Of a stretch of DNA of 49,120 nucleotides, positions 8,762 to 18,900 are shown piece by piece. This stretch comes from a virus (Duplodnaviria; Caudoviricetes), in IMG/VR virus record IMGVR_UViG_3300017754_001496, positions 1-49,120 of that record; one strand, given 5' to 3'. Made by a program: the position numbers and the translations under genes. Each line of letters starts with the position of its first letter. Position 1 is the first letter of the stretch. The notes below the pieces were generated by a model. The model searched no databases. It was not told the origin of the DNA and saw only the letters and a program-made list of their open reading frames with translations.

Positions 8762-11700
8762 AAACTGACAAACTTCTTCACATACTTACTCAGCATCAGA
8801 AAGGAGGTAAGAAGCCTGCTGTTAAAGCTAAGCCTACTTCCAAGCCTGCTCCTAAACCTGCTGAAAAAAATCCTTACAAAGAAATAAATGCAACTCCTGC
8901 TAACATATTTAGAGCAGCAGTTCCTCTTCCTGGAAATGTATCTCAGATGTTAGCAAAGCAACTTTTCAGTGATGCTAGAATGAATAACTCTTCACTAACA
9001 GATGAACAAAAAATTATTCTATGGAACACTATACAAAATGCTAAAAAAAGAAGTGGTGCAGTTAATGGTGGAACAGAGTATGTAGATTATGGTAATCAAG
9101 GATATGGTACACCAGATGAATTTAATAATTGGTTTAATAGAGGATCTGCTGGGTTAGCAGGTACTGTATATAACAGTTTGATGAATCCAGGATTTAATTT
9201 AGCATCTACTATTGGTAGAGGTAGATACTGGACTGATGAAAAAGATCCTGATACAATATACTATACAGATGTATATGATTGGAATCCTGGAGAAAGTAAC
9301 TTCAAAGGTTCAAACACTTATCAGCAGGTTAGAAACTATGTAAGAAGTACAGAAGATAAGAATCTTAATGCAGATAAGAATGAAAATTATAGAATGCAAT
9401 TTAAGCTTTCTAAAGCAGACATTGATGCAATTAATAAAAAACGTGAACAAAGAACTTTTTTAGATCAAAGATTTATAGATGCTGGTCCTAAGTATCAACA
9501 TGGTGGTTCTGCTCGTCATTTTTTACAACCTAATGATTCTAAATTAATAGAAGGATACGCTATTCCTTCTATTATGCCAAGTACTGAGTTGGCTACATCT
9601 ATTGGTGGGGAAGGTGGAGAACCTGCTTACTTAGTACCTTCATTTAAATATGGATATCCTTTGGCTAATCCAGAAGATGAATTTTATAATACAGGGGATT
9701 ATTTGGGTGGACCTTTTAAAACATGGCAAGAAGCTGATAAATGGGATAGAGAGATAAGACATCCTTATGTAGAAAAAGGGCAACCTATTCCATCACCTTT
9801 GAAGTGGTGGGGAAAAGGATATCAACTTGGTGGAAGTTCAATTCAACAACAATTAATAAATCAAGCATTAGGGCAAAACAATGCAGCTAGTGTAAGAGAT
9901 CAAGTTGCAAGTACAGCATATCCTCAAGTTTCTCAAGCAGTTGTTAAGAAAAAACAAAATGAGCAAGAGCAAAGTGATATCAAAAAATATGGTAGTCTTG
10001 AAAAAGCAGCCCAAGCAAAAGCTATTAAAAACTCACAAGCTGCTCAAAAAGAATCTGTAATATCTACTCCTAAACTTGGGCAGCCTGGTTATGAATATTA
10101 TAATCCTGAACAAGGTGAATACAGAGATGACAAAACAGTAGCACCTGAAGGATCAATACTTGCAAACATGCAGGGAAATCTAAATGCATATAATGAGTTT
10201 GTTAGTAATCAAACTAGTTTGCTTCAAAATTTATCTGGACCAGTGAGAGCAGTTGGAGCAGTTGGAGCACTTGCTTCAGATATATTTGTAAATGGTCCTA
10301 TTCAATCTGCACTTAATATTGGAAATACTGTTGCAGGTAATAGACCTCTTAGAGGTGATGAAGATTTTGGTAATCTTTTCTTTGATGCCTTTAATGCTAT
10401 GCCTGTTTTTTCTTCTTTAACTAAAGGAGCAAAAGCTTTTAATCAAGCAAGTAAACTTGCTAGTGAAGCAGCATTCTCTCCAACATTTGGTATCATGCCT
10501 GGTGCAGTGCAAGAAGGATTAGAATCAAGTTCTAGATTCTTAAAGAAAACTCCTGTATCTATACCAGGGGGTGTAAAAAAAGGAGCTGATGATGTGATTT
10601 CAGGAAATTTATTTGAAGAAGGTATCATTAGAATGGATGAGGCTGACATGCCTATAACAGATATTATGTTAGGTCATGCGTCTATTCCTGCTAATATGAC
10701 TGGGGTAAAATTTGTTAAAGATGCTTTACAAGCTGATCCAGTATTAAAAAGAGAAATTGCAACTATTGTAAGAGACTTAAATAAAGACTATGGATTAACC
10801 CTTGATTTTAGAACAATTGATTCAATGGAAGAATTGCAGAAAATTAAAGAGAGTGCTATAGACTTTTTACAATCTTCTGATCCAAGAGCTGTTAATGCAA
10901 GAGGTCTTTTTACTGAAAAACTTCAACAAACTGATGCTAATGCATTAAGAGCAGATATCAATACAAGACATATAAAACTAGATCAATTAAATAAAAAGAA
11001 GAAGGAGCTTGGTGCAGAAATGGTTGGTCTAAACAGAAATGATCCTAAGATAAGAGTCATACAAGATGAGATAACAAAAATTAATGATCAAATAAGAACC
11101 ACTGTACATAATCCTACTGAGATAATTTTTCCTAGTGGAATTAAGTATGAAGGTAAAACTCAAATGACATCAAAAGGTCCTGTTGCAGATGTAAAAATTA
11201 CTTCTGTAAAACCTGGAGTAGATGGTCTACTTAAAATTAGTGGAGATGAGCCAAATCTTTTTAATCATTTTTATTTTGTGTCAGGTGACTTAAATTATAC
11301 TCAATCTGAATTAAATAGATTAAGAGCATTACCAAACCCAGATCAAGCTGATTTAGATAAGATTGCACGTCTAGAACAAAAGATAACAGATTCTTTGATG
11401 GCATCTGGTGAAATGTTTAAAGTATCTACAATGAATGCTCCAAAAGGAACAGTGGTTACAGAAACAAGCATGTCTAGTGATTCTTATGGAATGCTTTGGA
11501 ATATGGGTAAAACTACAGCTGGTAAGAAAACACCTTACAAATTATTAACTCCTGCTGAATTTTCACAATATGATTCTTTAAAGGATAACTGGTCTTACAT
11601 GCTTGATGGTCCTACTCAAGTTAGTATGTCAGAACAATTAGCAAGAGGAGAGACAGCAGGTATACCATTAGTTCTTCCATATAGATCACCTAATACTATG

Positions 11701-12711
11701 GGATATGCAGAAGGTATTGGTAAGAGAGCACCTAATCCAAATGCTGTAGGTATTAAAACTTTGCATGGAAATTATCTTACTTCAGTGGATGAAGTAGCAT
11801 TAGGTGTTAACACTCAAAATAATTTATTTGAGACAGCTAACAAAACATTTGAATACCAACTTGCTAATGGAAGAATTAGTCAAGAATTTTATGATGCAAA
11901 TATTATAAAGTGGTATGAAGATCCATTGAATCCTAAGAATACAAACTTAACCACTACAGCTCCAAAAGTATCAGCAAGTGAGTTAGCTAATCTTAATCCT
12001 GAAATAAAAAAGAGATTTGCTCCTGTTCAAGTTCCTGATGACACTCATTTAAATAGTCCTATTTTTATAGATCGTAATACAAAAAGTAAAAGTTGGGTAG
12101 GAATGGATGGAAAAAACTCTCCACTTGTATATAAGTATTTAGGTATTGGTAATAGTCCTGGAGATTTTTCAACATTTAATAATGGTGCAAATAATACATA
12201 CTTCCAACAAGCTATTCCAACATTTAAAAAGGAATGGAAGAAAGGTGGATTAGTAAGAGCACAAGAAGGGCGAACTATATCTAATAATTCTTTTAGAGAA
12301 GGACATGAATTAACACATAATCCTTACTTTAATTCTAATAACATACAAACTGTTTTAGATGCTGCTCAGTTTGTTCCTGTATTAGGGCAAGCTGCTTATG
12401 TTGCAGGTATTCCATTTACATTAAAAGATATGTATAATGATTATCTTAAAAATGACTATACACAAATGGGGATAGATGCAATGGGTTTGATCCCTACATT
12501 TAAAGCTTTTAAATATGCAGCAAAAGGTGATAAAGTATTAGATTCAACAAGTAAGTTAGCAAAACAATTAAGAAAAGCAAACACTGCAATTAATACAGGA
12601 AACCTTGTAAATGATGCAACTAAAAAAGCAAAAGGTGGATCTACTTCTAAAAAATCAAATGCTGAACAACAATACTTTCAACTACTAATTAATCAGAAAA
12701 ATAAAAAATAA
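8758..12711 (+). CDS. Modular putative virion cargo protein A (1317 aa), segmented by GG motifs
   Basis: Long ORF coupled by ATGA to the muzzle gene. HQKGG, YQHGG, YQLGG, WKKGG/AQEG and KAKGG separate unrelated segments. The last segment resembles a pre-toxin helical hairpin. Confidence 0.6.
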   Translation: MKTDKLLHILTQHQKGGKKPAVKAKPTSKPAPKPAEKNPYKEINATPANIFRAAVPLPGNVSQMLAKQLFSDARMNNSSLTDEQKIILWNTIQNAKKRSGAVNGGTEYVDYGNQGYGTPDEFNNWFNRGSAGLAGTVYNSLMNPGFNLASTIGRGRYWTDEKDPDTIYYTDVYDWNPGESNFKGSNTYQQVRNYVRSTEDKNLNADKNENYRMQFKLSKADIDAINKKREQRTFLDQRFIDAGPKYQHGGSARHFLQPNDSKLIEGYAIPSIMPSTELATSIGGEGGEPAYLVPSFKYGYPLANPEDEFYNTGDYLGGPFKTWQEADKWDREIRHPYVEKGQPIPSPLKWWGKGYQLGGSSIQQQLINQALGQNNAASVRDQVASTAYPQVSQAVVKKKQNEQEQSDIKKYGSLEKAAQAKAIKNSQAAQKESVISTPKLGQPGYEYYNPEQGEYRDDKTVAPEGSILANMQGNLNAYNEFVSNQTSLLQNLSGPVRAVGAVGALASDIFVNGPIQSALNIGNTVAGNRPLRGDEDFGNLFFDAFNAMPVFSSLTKGAKAFNQASKLASEAAFSPTFGIMPGAVQEGLESSSRFLKKTPVSIPGGVKKGADDVISGNLFEEGIIRMDEADMPITDIMLGHASIPANMTGVKFVKDALQADPVLKREIATIVRDLNKDYGLTLDFRTIDSMEELQKIKESAIDFLQSSDPRAVNARGLFTEKLQQTDANALRADINTRHIKLDQLNKKKKELGAEMVGLNRNDPKIRVIQDEITKINDQIRTTVHNPTEIIFPSGIKYEGKTQMTSKGPVADVKITSVKPGVDGLLKISGDEPNLFNHFYFVSGDLNYTQSELNRLRALPNPDQADLDKIARLEQKITDSLMASGEMFKVSTMNAPKGTVVTETSMSSDSYGMLWNMGKTTAGKKTPYKLLTPAEFSQYDSLKDNWSYMLDGPTQVSMSEQLARGETAGIPLVLPYRSPNTMGYAEGIGKRAPNPNAVGIKTLHGNYLTSVDEVALGVNTQNNLFETANKTFEYQLANGRISQEFYDANIIKWYEDPLNPKNTNLTTTAPKVSASELANLNPEIKKRFAPVQVPDDTHLNSPIFIDRNTKSKSWVGMDGKNSPLVYKYLGIGNSPGDFSTFNNGANNTYFQQAIPTFKKEWKKGGLVRAQEGRTISNNSFREGHELTHNPYFNSNNIQTVLDAAQFVPVLGQAAYVAGIPFTLKDMYNDYLKNDYTQMGIDAMGLIPTFKAFKYAAKGDKVLDSTSKLAKQLRKANTAINTGNLVNDATKKAKGGSTSKKSNAEQQYFQLLINQKNKK
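9493..9833 (+). repeat. Near-perfect 14-bp in-frame direct repeat flanking a 109-codon unit
   Basis: TATCAACATGGTGG at 9493-9506 and TATCAACTTGGTGG at 9820-9833 (13/14), encoding YQHGG and YQLGG. Confidence 0.6.
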
Positions 12712-12712
12712 A

Positions 12713-15700
12713 ATGAAAGAATTTAAATCTATTATAACTCATCCTGAGGGTCAGAATTTATTTCCAAATCAGATTACAGCAATTGAAGGATATCCACATG
12801 GTACATCTATTACTATGAAGAATACTAAACCACAAATTGCAATAACTCCTTATGGAGCATCTTATATGCAACCAGATATGGATTATAAATTTGCTGGTAG
12901 TACAGTAGTTGAATTACCTCAAGCTCAAATGGGTGGACAGGATCAGCAACAACAGTTGATGCAGATGATTCAGATGTATGCTGAAATGAAAGGTATGAAA
13001 CCTGAAGAGTTAATTCAGAAAATACAATCACTTCCTCAAGATCAACAGCAACAAGCTATTCAATCTATTGCTCAAGAAGTGCAGCAAGTAATGGCTCAGC
13101 AACAACAAGCTCAGCAACAGCAAGGCCCAGAAGGTATGGGTCAGGAAGAACAAATGATGGAGCAAGGAATGATGAGTTATGGTGGAGAACCTTGTATTGA
13201 ATGTTTTGATAATTATAATCCATCTCCACAAGCACAAGATTTAAATTGGTATTACAAAGCTACAGGTGGTGAAGCATTTCCACAGGCTAATATGTATCCT
13301 AAAGACTGGGCTAGTTATTCAGGTAATCAGTATCAAATAGGTAGACAAACTGGAATGTATCCTCAAAATAATCCTTTATTTTCAGATTTGTATAGTTCTT
13401 CTGATAGAGAAGATATGCTTATGAATTTATTTAATTCAGGTAAAGTTTCTTTAGGTCAGCTACCTAAAAAATTACAAATGCAAGAAACTTTTACTAATAA
13501 TGCATTTAACAATATGCTATCTGGTACTCCTGGTAGTGATGGTGTCTATAGAAATTATGAAATAGGAGGAGAAGCTTTTCCTCAAGCTCAAACATATTTA
13601 CCTTATGATAGAGCAGGTGAGACTAGACCTAACTTTATGTTTCAAGCAGGTGGGCGAAAAGAAGAATATGGTCCATATAAAGATTCTGCACCAGGTGGAG
13701 CAGGTCGTCAGTTAATGACACCTGAGCAATTTAGACAGGGTATGAAACAATACTCAGATGCTGCAACTAATTATGGTAAAAATAATTTATCAGAAGAAGA
13801 TTATGCAAAGTTAAATGATTTACAATTAAACTTACTTCAGCATATGACATATGATTCTGATAAATTACAAGATAGTAGTTGGCGTGATTGGATGAATATG
13901 ACTACAGCTCCAATTGTAAATCCAGCAAGACGTTTTTTTAATCAAACATTTGACACTCACTTTCAAGCAGGTGGTCAATCTGATATTGATAAAATTTATC
14001 AAATTATGAAGAAGGGTGGTATGGACTTAAATCCTAGAAAGAAGAAAGGAGGTAAGTTTAATCATCTAGATGATTTTCAAAAGTATATTAAAGGTGAGAA
14101 GAAAGGAAATAAATTCCAAGAGGGTGGTGAGGAAAATACAGATGGTTTAAACTTTGAAGGTATGTTTGAAGATCCATATGAAAATGCATCCCAGCATTTA
14201 CAAGAAGATTTTTATGACTTAGCATATGATATTAATGATGGATATACAGGTTCTGATAAATCTAAAGTTGATAACAATAGTAATAAAACTGATAATAATA
14301 GTAATACTGCTGAGAATTATCAAAAAGGAAAAAGAAGTTCTTATGATAAAATGATGCAAGCTAATGCATTAAATGGAGCAGCTGCCATGACAGGCAACAA
14401 AGGATTGTTTGGAGCAATAGCTGCTGTTAATAATATAGGTAGAGCTGTTGGAGCTGCTGCTCAAGGTTGGAGTCACCCAGGTAGAGCGTTTGGAAGACAA
14501 TCTAAAAAAGAGACACCAGTCTACGGAAAAGGATTCAATAGACTAGAGAATTCTGATATGATGCAAAATGGAGTTGGTCCAAAACCTGAGTCAACACTTA
14601 ATAAAAGTGTACCTGCTTTAGATAAGGATAGATATAATCTTAATCAAAATGATGTATATGATTATAGCAACATTTCTGGAAGTACACAAATGCAGGGTGG
14701 TGGTAATACACAAGATCCTAGATTTGTTGAGTATGATAGATTTGCAAACAGAGGAAAAAATAATGGAATAGGTGATATTTTTGGACAAGATAAAAGGAAG
14801 TATGCTAGTGTTGGACAAAAAGAAGGAAAGCCTAAAAGACGTAAACCTACAGGATCGTGTGTAGATGGAAGGTGCTATGAATTTCAGGATGGAGGTCCTT
14901 ATGTTTATGTAAGCCCTAATCAATCTGATAGTTATTTTAATCCACTGAGTGGAGATATCTATTTAAATGAAGATCAATCTCATATCCCAGGGGTTTTACC
15001 ACATGAGATGCATCATTATGATCAATGGGTAAATGGAAAATTCAAAGTACCTGGTGGTGCATACATGGGAGAAGAAAATTTACCTGAATCATTAAATCCT
15101 TATCTTCCTTTAATGATGCCATCTATAGTAAGAGACCAGAGCTTTGAAGGGGAGATGCCTTACTATAATAGAAGACCTATTGAACAAGTAGCAATGACAA
15201 ATGATTTCTTGTCTAGTAATCCTTCTTTTAGTTTAGTTGATCAAGGGTTAGTTTATGATAAAGCTGTTAATCCTTCTTTGTATATGAATCCTTATACATT
15301 AGAAGGAGAAGCTCAGATAGTAGGTGATCAATATATGGGTCCTTTCCAAAGAGGCGGAGGATTACCTAAACATCAATCTTGGATAAGTCAAGTTGGAAAA
15401 CATTGGCAAGATCAGTTCAGTCCTAATAATGCAACAGCTAATCAAATAGTTAATAAACAAGTAAAGGGAGCTGATCCAAATGAAAAATGGAGTGGAGAAC
15501 CTGATTTTGCATTAGGTGATAGCTTAGTTGCAGGTTTAGGTCAAGCCGCAGACTATATTGGTAACTTTAAAAGAAGAAACTCACCTGATAAAGATAAAGA
15601 AAGACGTAACATCAAAACATCTGAATTTATGGATGTAGCTCAATTTGGCGGAGGTCAGTATGGTGATTGGTCTACTAATGCAACTCAGGGTACATCTTTC

Positions 15701-15907
15701 AGACCTGATGAAATGGTATATGCTCAGAAGATGGGAAGACCTTACAAAGATGTCAATGTATTTGATTATCCTACATATGACTTTAAAGACATGTTCCAAT
15801 CAGGAGGAAGTGTATTAGATAATTATGATGAAGATGGAGAATATGATTTAACTCAAGAAGAAATTGATGAAATTATTGCTGCAGGTGGAACTATTGAATA
15901 TCTTTGA
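12713..15907 (+). CDS. Modular putative virion cargo protein B (1064 aa) with about 15 GG motifs, a Gln-rich tract and a zincin module
   Basis: AQMGG, MSYGG, KATGG, YEIGG, FQAGG x2, MKKGG, KKKGG, FQEGG, MQGGG, FQDGG, FQRGG, AQFGG, FQSGG. HEMHH lies at 15002-15016 and a Q-rich tract at about 12938-13170. Confidence 0.62.
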   Translation: MKEFKSIITHPEGQNLFPNQITAIEGYPHGTSITMKNTKPQIAITPYGASYMQPDMDYKFAGSTVVELPQAQMGGQDQQQQLMQMIQMYAEMKGMKPEELIQKIQSLPQDQQQQAIQSIAQEVQQVMAQQQQAQQQQGPEGMGQEEQMMEQGMMSYGGEPCIECFDNYNPSPQAQDLNWYYKATGGEAFPQANMYPKDWASYSGNQYQIGRQTGMYPQNNPLFSDLYSSSDREDMLMNLFNSGKVSLGQLPKKLQMQETFTNNAFNNMLSGTPGSDGVYRNYEIGGEAFPQAQTYLPYDRAGETRPNFMFQAGGRKEEYGPYKDSAPGGAGRQLMTPEQFRQGMKQYSDAATNYGKNNLSEEDYAKLNDLQLNLLQHMTYDSDKLQDSSWRDWMNMTTAPIVNPARRFFNQTFDTHFQAGGQSDIDKIYQIMKKGGMDLNPRKKKGGKFNHLDDFQKYIKGEKKGNKFQEGGEENTDGLNFEGMFEDPYENASQHLQEDFYDLAYDINDGYTGSDKSKVDNNSNKTDNNSNTAENYQKGKRSSYDKMMQANALNGAAAMTGNKGLFGAIAAVNNIGRAVGAAAQGWSHPGRAFGRQSKKETPVYGKGFNRLENSDMMQNGVGPKPESTLNKSVPALDKDRYNLNQNDVYDYSNISGSTQMQGGGNTQDPRFVEYDRFANRGKNNGIGDIFGQDKRKYASVGQKEGKPKRRKPTGSCVDGRCYEFQDGGPYVYVSPNQSDSYFNPLSGDIYLNEDQSHIPGVLPHEMHHYDQWVNGKFKVPGGAYMGEENLPESLNPYLPLMMPSIVRDQSFEGEMPYYNRRPIEQVAMTNDFLSSNPSFSLVDQGLVYDKAVNPSLYMNPYTLEGEAQIVGDQYMGPFQRGGGLPKHQSWISQVGKHWQDQFSPNNATANQIVNKQVKGADPNEKWSGEPDFALGDSLVAGLGQAADYIGNFKRRNSPDKDKERRNIKTSEFMDVAQFGGGQYGDWSTNATQGTSFRPDEMVYAQKMGRPYKDVNVFDYPTYDFKDMFQSGGSVLDNYDEDGEYDLTQEEIDEIIAAGGTIEYL
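13265..13588 (+). repeat. Duplicated peptide GGEAFPQA
   Basis: GGTGGTGAAGCATTTCCACAGGCT at 13265 and GGAGGAGAAGCTTTTCCTCAAGCT at 13565 encode the identical peptide with only synonymous differences. Confidence 0.75.
13640..13974 (+). repeat. Perfect 14-bp in-frame direct repeat flanking a 107-codon unit
   Basis: TTTCAAGCAGGTGG at 13640-13653 and 13961-13974, both encoding FQAGG. Confidence 0.75.
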
Positions 15908-15921
15908 TATGTCATAAAAAA

Positions 15922-15934
15922 TGATTAAATTTAA
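15922..15934 (+). promoter_or_regulatory. Degenerate copy of the candidate late-promoter motif
   Basis: TGATTAAATTTAA (10/13 to the 615-627 motif) in the 64-bp AT-rich gap before the gene at 15972. Confidence 0.2.
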
Positions 15935-15971
15935 ATGTATAGTATTTACTAAAGATAAATTTTAAAAGTTT

Positions 15972-18900
15972 ATGAAAGTAAAAGTGAAAAAAACCAGAGG
16001 TGTCACTGGAAATCAACATAACTATGGCTTAGTAACAGGTAGTATCTGGAACTATGAAGATAAGCCAACCACTAATACAGTTGGTACAACATTATCTCCT
16101 GTACCAAGAGAAGAAGCTAATATAGAAGCTGAGAAGAATGAAACAATAGTGTACCCTGATAAAGATGGTATGCTTGCTCATTCTAAAATTGGTGGAAAGA
16201 GACATGCTCAAGGTGGTACTCCACTTAATGTTCCTGATGGATCTTTTGTATTCTCTGACTTCAGAGGAATGAACATAAAGAACAAAGAGCTTTTAAAGAA
16301 CATCTTTAATATGAATACCAACAAAGCTGTTACTCCAGCAGATATAGCTAAGAGGTATGAGATTAATTATTACAAAGAAGTCCTAAAAGATCCTTGGGCT
16401 GATCCTATGGATAAGAAGACAGCACAGGCCATGATTGAAAACAACATGAGAAAGCTTGGCCAACTTGCTCTTATTCAAGAAGGTATGAAAGGATTTCCTG
16501 ATGGTATTCCTGATATTGCCCTTCCTTTAATGGGTAGTGATATTGCTCATGGTCAACCTTCTCCACAACCTGAAGAAGAACAACAAGAACAACCACAAGC
16601 TCAAAAGGGTAAGCAGGTTAAAAAAACTCCTCCAGCTAAATCATCTGGTCCTACCATGAAAGACATGGAGCGTTACAGATTAATGATGATGCAGAAAGCT
16701 GTAGCAGAAGGTAATGCTAATATGTCTATGGGTGAATGGGAAAACATGTATAGTCCTAGAGGAACTCAGGATCAAATTGCACCTACAGAATCAAGATGGT
16801 TTGATGATGCAATGTTAGGACTTACACATCCTTTTGCAACATTAATGTCTATGGGGGATCGTACAGGTTCTTGGCAATCTTATGTAAAAGAACATGGTAA
16901 TAATCCAATTGACATGGCTTTAAATGGTGTAGCAACAGCATATGCACTTGGACCTAAATATTTTCAACAAGCACCTGCCTTGTTGCAATCAGCATCCCAA
17001 CTTAAGAATGCTAATAATTTAAGAAATGCTGCTGTGCTATATGATATGCTAGGGATAAATCATAATCCAGTATATAATAAACCTGTAAAACAAATAGGTG
17101 GACTGACACGTGCGCAGATAGGTATGCAAACTAATGAAAGAGGTATCCCAAATATGGTAGGTAATAAAACAATGCTACCTGATACCACTAAAACAAAAGT
17201 AGCAAACACTACACAAACTCCTCCTCCTGAAGGAAAAAGTTGGTGGGATTCAAGTGTAGATTTTTTCAATGAACATAGATTTCCTGTTCTTTATGGTGCT
17301 GGAGAATTAATATATCAAGGTGCTAAACGCTTTAGTCCAGATTTTTCAGCACTTATTGAAAAGTTTAAAGGTTATAAACTTGCTGATAAACTTAAAGCAC
17401 TTGGTAAAGGTGCTAAATGGTTAACAATGGAAAATCCTGTTGGAAGAATGGCATTAATGTTTGGAGCTGATTATGCTATAGATTACTTTTTTCCTGATGC
17501 CGATGAAAAAACTAAACAGCAATTAAAAAATGAAGCAAAAACAGTTGATGAAGCTATTAAACAAGCACAACAAGCACAACAACAAAATCCATACAGTACA
17601 CCAGGACCTAATCCTTTTACAGGAAATAATCCTACACAAAGAACTATTGTATTAGATAGTACTCCAAAAGCAGTTGTTGATACTACAAAAGTAGTGGTAC
17701 AACCTAAACCTAAAGTAACTAGTTCTACAAATTTACAAAAATCTAAATCATCTAATAGTTCAGGTTCTACATCAAGTCAAAGTTCTAATAATAGTGGGGC
17801 ATATGTAAAAAAAGGTGATCCTGCAAATTATGCAGGAACATACAATCGTGCTAAGGATAGTGTAGTAGTTAAAAAGAAACAAACAGGTGGTTCAATAAGT
17901 AGATATCAAACTGGAGGATTTGATATAGAAAGAGCAGAAGGAGCAAAGAGAGCAGATGAAAAAGGTTTTTATATGAAAAGACCTGCTTACTTTGATTATA
18001 CTTCAGAAGTTGGTGATCAAAACCCAAATAGCGGAGATTATGTAAGACAAGATGGTGTTATCATACCTGCTGTAAAAGATAAATCAGGAAATAAAACAGC
18101 TGTTCCTTGGAGTTACACTGATCCTAAAACAGGACAAACAACTACATACAAAGGAGTTGATGATATAGTTAGTTTTGCTGATCCATACATAAACTTTAAA
18201 AACTATAGAGCAGGAGAAGATATAGGTGAGGATGAAATGGGAGTTGATGCATGGAAAAAAGATTTAGCAAGTACAGATGAGGCAACACGCAGAAGAGCTG
18301 GAGACTTTTATGTAAGCAAGTTAAATGAATATAATGCTAACATTCTTGGTGATCCTACTTATGAAACTATTGTTACTAAAAATCCTGATGGTACTGAAAA
18401 GAGAGGCTATTGGGAAATAGGTACTAACAATGCACAGCAAGGATTCTTTGAACCATATGTAAAAGAAGAAGTAGAAGAAAAAGAGAAAGAAGAAGAGAAG
18501 AAAACTAAAACAGAAGTAGGTACACCTGAAAGAGCTCAGTATGAGGAAGGAATAGCAGGTTCTCCTTGGTGGAACTATGATGTAGTTAATTATGCTAATC
18601 AATTAGGAAATTACTTTAACATTGAACCAGGTAATCTTCCTGCTTATATGCAATACAGTCCTTACTTAGCAGATCCTACTTTCTTAGATCCTGCTAGAGC
18701 TATTGCTCAACAACAAGGATTAGCTAGACAATCTCAGGAAGCTATTATGTCTGGAGCAGATCCATCAGTTGGTAGAGCAAATGTAATCGCAGCACAAGCA
18801 CAAGCTGCTCCACAGGTTGCTAATATCATGGCTCAGTATGATCAGAATAATGTTGGTATTGCAAATCAATATGGTCAACAGGCTGCTCAAACAATGAATC

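Noticed and set aside
14266-14306. Short duplication encoding KVDNNSN-KTDNNSN
   Set aside because: A two-copy low-complexity slippage in a linker, with no sign of function.
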